From Bugula neritina (lineage: Eukaryota; Animalia; Bryozoa): 64,000 nucleotides of DNA. The position numbers and the translations under genes were made by a program. The notes under the pieces are model-generated. The model did no database searches, was not told the origin of the DNA, and saw only the letters and a list, made by a program, of their open reading frames with translations. The stretch lies in assembly GCA_964035545.1 (NCBI GenBank), contig OZ037765.1:29077504-29141503 (forward strand), read 5' to 3'. Below, one piece after another: positions 1-11,500 of the stretch; within the stretch, counting starts at the first letter, position 1, and every line of letters starts with the position of its first letter.

Positions 1-214
1 GCTTTGCGATTGGGTAATATAATGACATTGCTCTTACACTTTCGATCTGTGATCTAAAAGTTGTAATTTAACCTCTTTGATGTGATGTAATGCAAATAAA
101 ACATAGTGTAATCATCTGATGATGACGCACCATCAACTAACTGACCACTTGGTTGCAATTATTGCAGCTGGCTTTCAAATATTTGATCACCAACAAGATA
201 GTAAATAGGCTGCA

Positions 215-3200
215 TTAGTAATGGGAAGCAAGGTACATACCACGGTGGCCAAGTTTGTATCCTTGCAGATCTAAGCATGGGAATTCTATACATTTGATGG
301 TGTCCAGTTCACTAAGCATGCCCTTAGCCTGTTTAGCAATGTCTACATTGTGGTTGTAACAGAGGAGCTGATTGGCTTTAGTCGCTGCATTCTTAGCTTC
401 AACCATTATCTCCTGAATCTTATTCTTGTGGAGATTTGTCCCCCTCTTGTTTTTCTTAACCAACTCAGTTATGTCACACAGAAGTTTCTCTTTCATTCTA
501 CACAGCTCCGTGTTCTGTGTGCATAACACAAGTTATTTACTTTGCTATATTCTATTGCAATTTAGCAACAATTTCTAATGCCTATGCCATCTTATTGAAA
601 TCCAAACATAAGACACATAATATGTAGACTTCCTTTAAACTTTTAAACTACTTGTTCTTATTTTGCTTTGCATACATCTATTTTTAGATTATGCATTCTT
701 ACTTTTCTCTTGTTAATTTTGTATAGTATTAACTGTATCTTGTTGGCCGCTGGCCTTGGTAAACTTACTTCAAAACAAGAGGCAAAACCTGGGAAATCCC
801 ATGATTTGGAGAATCCCATGGTGTGGGGATTTTAAGGACGTAGAAAAGCTTTAAAGAATCTTATAATAACATATTTTTATAATTTTATAAATCGTTTGTC
901 AAATGTAAACGTTCTTGGCTATTATTCAAAATAAAATTGAATAAGAAGACAATACCTTGATTTCAAACTCGCGGCACACTGCCTGCTTCACTTTTTCTAG
1001 TTCACACTCTTTCTGTTGGTAAGCCTTGTACGCCTCAGCAATTACCTTCTCTCCACTGAGTCTCACACAATCTACATCCTTCATGCCCTGGTTTATAGTA
1101 GTTGCCATTTCTAAGGCTACTATGTCTAGTTCTTCAGCAACGTGTCTACCACCTATTATTAATTAAATTTCTTCTTTTAGATTTAATGAACAAAAATTCA
1201 AATATATATTTATTTTACAGAACAATAAGTAAACAGATGTTAGACTCTACTTTATTTACGCAAAAGTTTTAAAGTAACTCAACTTGAAGTTAATAATGAT
1301 CAGAACAAAATATATTTTGGTAAAAGTATAAGCAGTTTAGCATTTCAAATTCAGTATTTAGAAATAATTGTGAAATAAGAATTTTCTGGTTTATATTCAA
1401 ATGTAATAAAACTTGATGCGTATATACAGCATTGCTTAAAACAGAAATTTTCCGCTGAAGCTGCCATCTATTTATAATTTATATTAAGATATATTTGGAT
1501 AGGATGATGAAAATAATTAATTTGAGAAAAGAATTTCCAGGCTGAGATTAAAGCTACAAGAAGTAGCTTTACTGTTAAAAGGTTTCAACAGAATGGCTGG
1601 TTCCTATTTGCATATTTTATGCTTTATTTTTAAATAAATTATAATTCTGGTTTCTCAACAACAAACAGCGTATACAGTAGCAGCGCATGCCAATTATTAA
1701 TTGTTTAACTTTGCTTGCCTAACAAGCAAGCTTTAAGAAACGTTTAATTATAGAACTGCTGGCTGCTAGTTGAATATAAATTAAATGTGAAACTGAAAAA
1801 TACAGCGCAGGCACTTTTAAGGATAGTTTAATAAACCAACCTTTTTCGCACTCAATGCAAGCGACACAGACTTGACATAGAATCATATCACATTTCTTGC
1901 AGACAAAAAGTAATGTATACTTTGGGTGAATCTTGCACCTTCGGCATTCAAACTTCCGTTTCATCAATTTATACTGACATATTGGCATTATGCGATGCTT
2001 CTTTTTTCTTATTAGCACATTGTGTTGCTGCAGGAAAAGAAATAGGGAACATTTTAGAGTATCTTTGTATGCATGGTATCAATTGTCTTATGTCGCCTTG
2101 CCATTAGTAAACTTACTTCACACCAAAAAAGAGAATGCCACGATCTGGGAAATTCAATAGTATGGGAAATCCCATGGTTTGGGAATTTCCAGGACGTGGA
2201 AAGACAACAGAGTCTTGTAAATACATAAAGCTAAATGGTAACTTGATGAGGAATTTTTTAACATTTTATTCTTACATACACATAGAATATAACTTCACAG
2301 CACACATAAATTTATTTTAGATAGAATAAATGAGCTTTCTAATGACTTTAAAAGTTCTGAGTGACAAAAAATCCTTTTTTGAAGTGTTTTGACTCAACAA
2401 CAAAAATATCAGGTCTCTTTTGATCATAGAGCTTTCACTTTTAACTTTGCTCAGAAATAACTTTTTTTGTTTAAAGTTGCTATTACAGAAATTTTTGTCA
2501 AGATTACTTGCAGTCTAGTGAAAGACATTTGACTGAATATAAGTAAAACTTTACACTGTATACATATTCACAACAACACATACAAGATTTTATTGGCTCA
2601 AGAGTCTAGTATATGACAATTTCCATATACTATAGATTATGAAATTTCGAATGGTTGCATCATAGTCATTAAATTGAGTAAAAAATATACTAATTTTGTA
2701 CCTGCAGATGTTTCTCACACATGGATACATCACAGTCCAGACAGAACACCTTGGCTCTAACTTTGGTGCCAGTCTCCATGTAGCAGTTATAACAGAACCA
2801 CTCATCAAGGGGGGCTGGAGTAGTGGTGTAACACTGTCCCTTGTCACCACAGGGGTCAGCAGGACTACTCGTAATACTGTTGGGGAATTTTAGACGCTCA
2901 ACGTCACAGCTATTGTAAAAGCATATATTTGTGTAAAGATTAGTAAATGATAGCAGTTCAAAAAAACATTTTGTTTAGTGCGAATAAATATAAAAATATA
3001 ACTATGCGAATAAATAAAAAAACATAACTATGCGGATAAATAAAATAATATAACTATGCGGATAAATAAAAAAAGATAAATACTCACTCGCAGACTGGGC
3101 AGGAAGTGAGAGAGGGGGAGTCAGGTGGCAGCATCTTCTCGATACACGTATGACAGAACTTATGCTTACACGGTAGGCACAGTCTAGCATCAATCTTCGT

Positions 3201-3302
3201 ACAGTTACAGTTTGCACACTTCTCTTGCGAGCCACATTTTGGGGGCTTTATCTTCTTACAGCAGTTATTGTGGTGCGTCTCCTTAACATTGCAATCGGCC
3301 AT
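215..3302 (-). CDS. TRIM/RBCC-type protein: C3HC4 RING, B-box 1, B-box 2 and coiled coil, with no C-terminal domain seen (about 368 aa; last exon and N-terminus uncertain)
   Basis: Phase-consistent GT-AG exons: 3302-3088 (RING, CANC...LPCKHKFCHTC...CPVC), 2909-2702 (B-box 1, CYNC...CLDC...CEKH), 2027-1841 (B-box 2, CKIH...CKKC...CQVC), 1152-956 and 514-215 (helical, coiled-coil-like). A donor at 241/240 may lead to a further exon. An acceptor just before the ATG (3305) implies upstream exons. Confidence 0.8.
750..870. promoter_or_regulatory. Intronic module copy 1 with three NF-kB-like sites at 17-bp spacing
   Basis: GGGAAATCCC (791), GGAGAATCCC (808) and GGGGATTTTA (825). Paralogous to 2090-2226. 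Confidence 0.45.
2090..2226. promoter_or_regulatory. Intronic module copy 2 with three NF-kB-like sites at 17-bp spacing
   Basis: GGGAAATTCA (2147), GGGAAATCCC (2164) and GGGAATTTCC (2181). Shares gtaaacttacttca and aggacgt flanks with copy 1. Confidence 0.45.
2979..3080. repeat. 26-bp tandem repeat (actatgcgRataaataaaaaaacata), about 4 copies
   Basis: Units start at 3001, 3027 and 3053, with a partial unit upstream. It lies just inside the TRIM intron after the RING exon. Confidence 0.85.
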
Positions 3303-5553
3303 ATCTGTGATAATTTGTCATAATTATCATAAACAAACATGAATATGAACATAAATAATAACAAAATGTAGCAGATAATAATTTCCGTCAACTGAGTCAA
3401 AAACTATTGATTTCTATAAATTTTACAATATTTTGATTAAAATCTGACCTCCAACTTATTGACTCAATTATATAAGTTGTGGTACAGAAATGGTTACTTG
3501 AAAACTATAAAAGATAACCACTAACAATAGTTTTTTACAAGGTGTAAGCTGTAAAATACTATGAAGTGCCAAAATTTCTTTTGAGGTTAGTGTGAAATAA
3601 TATTTAGAAAAAGAAAAAAATATTGTAGCTGTTTTTTCTGATGAAGATATTGGCACTTGGTCATGTAAACCCATACATAGCTAGATTGTAAGCGTAGCAA
3701 ACGAGAGATCACTGGGAAAAGGTGCTTATAGATAGGTGTTTCTTCACTTACCCTCTCTTGTAGAAATTATTTTTATTTGAGCAAACAGAGCGAATGCTCT
3801 AAATGTGGTCTAAGTTAGTTTTAATATTTCTGTCAATTGAAGGAGCTAGTAGATTGCATGGCATCACGCTATTGAAGTAAATTTTTCAAATTACTTTCAA
3901 CATGATTGTGATGTCAATAATTTTCGTGCTTAAAATTTGAAAATTATGCTGCTAAAAATTTACCTTATTTGTTTTTAAAAGTTTAACAATTTTTTTTAAC
4001 TATTTTTGTTGCCTATGAGATGTATAAGTTAAAGGTTTATGTTTTTGTATTGTGACTTGCAATTTGTGGTTAACGCAGAGATAGCATCATTGAAGTTGTC
4101 TTTCAATAAATGTGTTCTTTTATTCCAAACCATAAATTATTCATCTTGATAAATAACATACATACCATTGGGCTGATAATTTTTAAATTGAAAAATAATT
4201 TGTGTTGATTGATTTTTGCTAGTTTAATATTAGTTACAGTTATGCATGGGCACGCATTATGTTATGCTATTCTGTCTATAGTATATTATGTTTATAACCA
4301 CATGAACGCAATTTGCGTACTATCATTAGATATAACATAACAGTACATGCAATGTATGATATTGTATTATTTAAAAATTGATTGAAAATACATGATTATA
4401 ATGTTTGTCTGCATTGTAAGTTGCTATGTATCTATTCGCTATATTGGTTTCATTTTCACTAATGACTAACAATATCTAAGGCCCAGTAGAATCTATAGCT
4501 TTAAAATGGTATTTCTACCCAAATGAATTATCATTAGCTACATTTTTCTACTCAGGATAGGAAGTTAGGTTATGAATGCACCGACAGTAAACATGCATAT
4601 CAGGATTGCCATAATTATTTTAAGAACAAAAATTTTTTTTCAAAGTTTCAGAGTTTCTCTTCTTATTTTTATGTCTCACTGTTGTTTTGATTGTAAAGGC
4701 AAACATTATTTTAGACCTTTATTCTTACAGTAGTGATGCATATAATATAGGTGCTATTCTATGCAACAAAATTTAGAAGTTAAAATAAAATTAAATGTTT
4801 TATATTATAATATTTTCAATTAGCTCATGCTAATTCATATTAGCCAATGTTTAGGCGCCTACAACACTAATATACTTTCAATATAAGAGTACAAAATATT
4901 TATGGTCGTGATTAAACATTATAAATAACTCTATTTTCTAAAATCTTCTCAACAAATATATCATGATGTTTTGTAAAATTATTAATATTGCATGCCCATA
5001 TACTCATTAAACAAATCTGTTCAGCATTCTATTTGTATATAATTATGCAAAAAAATTGTTTTATATTTCACTGCCACTCTTAGAATTATTTCTCAATTTA
5101 ATTTAGATCAAACTTTATGTTAATAATTGATATTTTTTAAATTCTTTCTTTGCACTGGATATAGGATATACCGTGCATGCTTGAAAAACTTTTATTGATT
5201 CATATTTTATTTTATTCTGATGTAGATAGAATAAAATTATAAAGTTATTGCTTTCAAATATATGTGAAAATGTATTTATTATATAGATACATGAAAAAAT
5301 TATGTGTAATATAGCTTATAATAATTACCTTTGCAAAAAGATATTTTTCCAACTTGCTGTAGAAAGAGTTGTCTACCAAAGTTTCAACCACGTGACCTAC
5401 AATGATATCTTCTGTAGGCACATAGTATTGTAAGGGAAGTAAAGTTTTGCATAGCAGCTGTACATTTATAGCATAAAGTTTCCTATGATGCCAACTTCCA
5501 CCACCTTCTCCCTTGAAACACCTTCTCCAGCACACCATACACAGTATTTAGCA

Positions 5554-8500
5554 ATGGATAGCCTAGTCGATGAAGAAACTTCTAATACCGACAATGTAAG
5601 CAGCTATTTTGGAACACTTTTACTTTAGTTATTTAGGTGAAGTAGTAGAACTAGACGTAGTTATTCAAATTCAATTTTTATTAAATTAATAAAATTAAAT
5701 ATAGTTCAAACTTCAAAGTGAACGTTGGATTGGAAATCTATTTTAAATTAAAATTCAAATTAATCCCGGAAAATGAAATGTCAAATTTGATGTTAATTAA
5801 AATGAGATGTTCGTGCCGTAGTTATATACTTGAAGTTAAATCAAAATGTAACACTAAATCTAACTAATTCTAAGAGTAAGGTCAAGGGTAATATTTACAA
5901 CTGGATCCATTATTTGATTCAATATGAATATGTAGTAGTATAGTCAATGCTATAGTAATACTAAGAGTAGTAGTTACTTATGAATTATGATAACTATATA
6001 AAAAAAACTGTACAGTACAAAGGTTGCGTTAAGTCAAGTCTAACTCCCAAGACCTAAAGTAAAACTTAAAAGTTGAAGGCGAAACTAAGTTTAAAACAAA
6101 TGTGTAAAACTTTCAAGTCTGAGTGTGTGTAAAAATAAATTTAAATATGTAAACAAATTTACATATTTGAAATGTGTACATTTTTAACTCGTTTATTTTT
6201 ATTTGGCTCATTATTAATAATAATTTCAGCGAGTACTATGAAATCGAAATTATATTAATACTCAATAACTCATACTGTCAGATTTACTTAAACTAAAGTT
6301 TTAACATATAACAATTAATGATTTAACATGTAAAAGTATTACATTCACTCACAATGACATTGTCATTGGGAGTGGTTGCCATTGTGATTGTAATGGCTCT
6401 TGCTATCATATTGAGTTTCAATATCAACTTATTAATATTAGTTATAACTATGGGACTATGGCATACAATATTATGAAATTTAATGCTGAGTAAGAACCTT
6501 ATTAACAGTTAGTCTACATATATTGCTAGAGAGAACTCCTAAAATAATTTAGTAGCATATATCACACGACTAGGTGTCATTTCCTTATTAATCTCATACA
6601 TTTTTCCATTTTAAAATCGGCTGTGATTTTTATGCAAAATTATAATAAGGTTATGCATATAATTATAAAGAGTTACTAAAACATTGATATCGCTATCAAT
6701 ATGAATATGGTAAATACTATAAGACAACAAATTTTACTAACATTGAGCTTTTAGCTGGTATGGCACCAAAAAACCTGGAAATTGTGCTTAGCCAGAATAA
6801 AAAAGCAAAACCGATGCATGCATGCTTGTTACAAATATTTCAGTTGGAAACAGTATGTTTTTACATAAAATTTAAAGTGAAGGGTATACATTCTTTCTAA
6901 AGAAAATTATAATTAGTGCTTTTAATAAACATTTTATTGGGGGGGGGGAACTGCATATACTTTTCATATGCACTGTGAATTAATGGCTTATAATTAATAC
7001 CAAATAGGCATGTTCTTTTAAGCATAGATTTGAACTTAATAATAACTATTCTACTGCAAAGTGTTCACAAACATTAATAATATAATAATATATATTTAGC
7101 ACATATTAATATCATTATATGCAAATTTTGTAGCTTTTTAGCTCTACTAAAAATTGAAATGTTCAAATATAAGAAGATAATTATTGGAAAAGATAAAATT
7201 TCATTAACTTTAGTTACTATTGCATATATAGAGATGCTGGTCAACTAACTCACACTAGTCTATTTCTCAGCCAATGATAACATACAATTATGCTATAATT
7301 ATGCATATTTCTGTTCTATCTAGGCTTGACAATATTATGCAGGTCGAATTATTATTTTCTATTACTCAGCAAAACTGATATCCAGGTTTTCTTACGTTTT
7401 CTAGCAATTATTTTTCAATTGATCTAAATATTCAGCATTTTGCCAACAAATATTTTTCCCCCAGTAGTCATGTTCAATCAGTGTTGTTACTTTAATGCTG
7501 ACTTTTTGATCAACAAGCTACCTGATCTTCAGCCAAATATAGTCCTTGTTCTAATTTAGCTAATTTGCTGCCATAAGTTACAGCAAATTTGACAAGTATC
7601 TACATTGCTAATCTCTATTTAGATTAAGTGCATGAATATTTCAGTAATACCTCTGCATTGGGTACCTTATAAAGGCATATAGTTTGTTTTTATGCAGTCC
7701 ACAATGTTTCAATACAAAAATGGTATTTTCCTATTACTAGTTCCGACTGGTTGCTGTAATACTTGACACTGACTTGTGTGGTTTTTGCCATCTAGGTTAT
7801 TTGACTTTAACCTCTGAACATGTTGAGATTGATTGTTCAACCTTTTGCAGAAATCTCAGACATTTGATACAATTTACATGCACCTTGTACTCCCATACAC
7901 AAATGTAAACTTTGTACACGTGTTCTATGACACTGTTTTGTGGTTGTATTTTATTTTCTATTGTAGATGTGCTACTTTCTCAACTTTACCAATGCAACAG
8001 AACTTTTAACCAAACATAGTATTGTTAAACTTTGTATTTTTTCCTTTGAATGTCTGTACAGAGTATTCTCTCATTTTAGATTCGATCTATTCAGAGGGTC
8101 ATACAAATAAAGCAGAATGAATTAGACTTACTAAACGATAAGTTCGGGAGTATTCGAGCACCACCCTCAATATATATACAGGTGACGCAACATACCTTGT
8201 AGGAGATTCATGCTTTAGGATTTTTGCAGTTTAGGGAAATACTTTTACTTGATAAAAATGTAGAAGCGTCATTATTTGATGGTTATTTACTCTGAGTTTA
8301 TGTGCCAGTGGCTGCAAGCAAAGGTTACACTCTGAAAAGAATTCATGTAATTACATAAGAATTGTAAATATGCAATGCAATGGTGAATAAACATATGATG
8401 CAATAATCATGATGTAAAACTCTTTACTCAAGTATCTTGTTGGACGCTTGCTTTCTGGTAAATAAATTTCATGCCAGCACACTTTGCTGTGTAAACTTTC

Positions 8501-11500
8501 CTAGTCTAGGCTGCAGGTTTTACACATAGTACATAAACAATGATATACTGAAGGTAGTGCTTGTTCTGCAGCATTTTGCAATACTGCATTTGGAAACCAT
8601 TTTCCTCACGTCTATGCAGTAATAGAGAAATTGGGAAAAGCTTGGGTTTCAAGTGATTAATGTAGCATGCAAAGTAATGTTTCAAGCCACCCCGAACCAA
8701 AGGCAATTAAATATCGGGCTATTAAAATTGCTCAGTTACTGCACCACACAGTTGGAAATGCTTGGGGAAATTTCATGCTCAGTGTTGACGTTTCTTTGCC
8801 ATCTGTCCTGTATTGTGTGGAGTATTACTTGGCCTTCAATGCTATTGTATCATGCTAATACAACATTGTGTCATGTTGTATTAGCATGGGGACGAGGAAG
8901 CTTTAGTAATTTTGTAAGATAACCAGCTAGTTGCGCTCTCAACTACTTGCAGCTCTAAACTACTTGCAAGCTGTCTTGTTGTAGAACAATTGATTAGTAT
9001 GCTGCCCTGGGAGTATTATTCGACCCTGCTTACTGCTACTATTACTTACCAGTACTTTACAATGCTAGTTTACACCAAACACTTCTGCATATTAATCAGC
9101 GCTTGCCATGAGGTGTCTCTAAAGAGTTGTGCTGCTCCACTCACTATTCAATTATACTAACTGCTGCTGTTTGAATGATGTTCATGTGCATCTTTTATAG
9201 GCTATTCATATCTATTATTGTCACTATGAGACATTCAATGTGTATTATATATTGTTTTACAGGATTTTAATAGTCTGAATGACCAACTGAGCAAATTACA
9301 GAGACAGTTGCACATTCTACAAGACGCTGATGAAGATCAGTATAATAACAGCAACGCAGTAGATACAACCAACACCCTTACTCGATTCCAGTACAGCAAC
9401 AATGGTTGGTTGTTTGTAGTTGTTCGGCCTTGTTCAGAAGAGCTCCTTTTATAGTCTATATTGTAGCTTCAACTTTTATATGGCAAATTCTATTGCTTTG
9501 TAATTGCTATAATAGTAAGCAGAATGGTGTGTTGAAGAACGGCGTTGTAGTTGAGTGATGTGTGCCTCAGTATCAGATGCTGTGTTGTAGCTGGCGGGGG
9601 TGGCTATAGTGCGGACCCCAAGGGAGCACACAGCGACCCCTCATCTCCCTCATACGTTGGTGGCGGCAGCAGTTCACAGAGTGACGAAGAGAGGCAGCAA
9701 TCTGGTAGCTCGGCAGCTCTTTGGACTATCACAGCTTTTCTACCACACGCTCAACGAACTGCAGTAAGGGATTCTACATTGTATCAAGTCCAATGTGCTG
9801 TATTTATAGTTATGAGGAAACATTGCTACAGAGAAGTTTAAAAATATCTGCTAATTAAATCAATTAGTAGTTATAAATAAGTTGAGGAGGAAACCTGGTT
9901 GGGATGAGTTGGCAAAAGTTTCCGTTTTTTAAATCAAAAATTATGTTTTATTTATATTCTACATTGTCTAATCACTGTTTGATATTACACTAACCAATCC
10001 ATTTTGGATGCCTTTGGTACCTTGAAGTTAATTCTGCTCTTGTGATTTTAGTGTGTCATGTTGTTATTTGATTTAATATATCAGGAATATGCTTTATTCC
10101 TGTGAGCTAGGAGTTAGTAGGTTTCTTTTGTGAGTTCTTACTTGTGGCTGCTGGGTCAATCTGGGTGGTAAACACATAAAAGACATCTCGTGGTAGTTCC
10201 TAACTATAGAATCAAATTGAGCCTTAAAAATCTTGACTAGCCAGTTAGTCATTGAAATGCCCAGCACAGCAATTCTATTATACATGAAGTCATTGCACTA
10301 TAATTTTCTTTGTCACTAGGCTACCTGGTAGTGAAATAGAATCTTCTCTCATTAGGGACTTGGTTTAACTCATAAGTAGATGGTGCCGGTTAATTATGAG
10401 TCATAGACTTAGAGTGTGAGTCATAGACTTGGAGTGTGAGTCATATACTTTGGGTGTGAGTCATAGACTTTGGGTGTGAGTCATAAACTTTTGAGTGTGA
10501 GTCATAGACTTAGAGTATGAATCATAGACTGAGCGTGTGTGTCATATAATCAAGATCTAAGTTATATAAGCAAAGGTATTTCAAGTCCTAATGTGGTAGA
10601 CTCCAGTGTATTCAATGTTTCACATATGCTACTAGACTCTATACTCTATAGCATATAATGATGCATACTAGTTGCTACTACCTATAAGAACTTTGCCATT
10701 ACAGTTTAAAGCAGTACCTGGAATTACCATCCGACAGGCGTTAGAAAAAAAGTTAAAGCTGAGAGATTTGACAGCAGATGAGTGCCGTGTGATAGGCACC
10801 CACGATAAGTAAGTCATTGTACAAAATCTGATCTACTCTTTAGTGAATGCAAAAGGGATACGTTTGCTGCAGCTTATGACAGATATGTTTGCATTTAGAA
10901 CGTGTCGTCTATCAATTCAAATTGAAAATTGTTGAATTAAGTTGATAAACTGATGCTTTCTTGCATTTATTATTTATGGAAGATGAAAGAAATGAAATTT
11001 ATTAGAATTATAAATTTTTGTGGTTTTTTTCATCTGTTAGCCACACTTTGTCATATCTTCTCACTCTCTGCTGTCACTGAAGTATGTAAAGAAACTTTCT
11101 TTGCTTGGTCTTTTATTTACTTAGCAGGTATATCCTACCTTATCAGTTTGTTAGTAATGTTCTTGATAAACCATAGCTCTCACCTCTCACAAATCCCACC
11201 TCTCTCTTAACTCTCACCTGCTCTACCATTCTCTCACCTTCTCTCTAACTCTCACCTCTCTTACTTTCTCTCCCAGCTTTCAGCTCTCATGTTCTTGCTG
11301 TACCTTCACATATTCATTAAAAAGACCATAACACTGTTTACGAGATTGTTGGAAGAAATTCATTTATCAAAATTATGTTTTGACGTAAACCATAGTGGAA
11401 ATAATATTTGATAAGAATATAAAGGTTTTCTCCCAGTTAGCTCTAAATTAACGACATTGTATTGAGGATGTGCTAAAATGAACAGCTCTGTTTTCTGCAT

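Noticed and set aside
5600-6110. AT-rich segment with words (cttcaactt, aacttcaag) shared with 63340-63640
   Set aside because: Possibly an old dispersed repeat, but the similarity is too short and low-complexity to define by eye.
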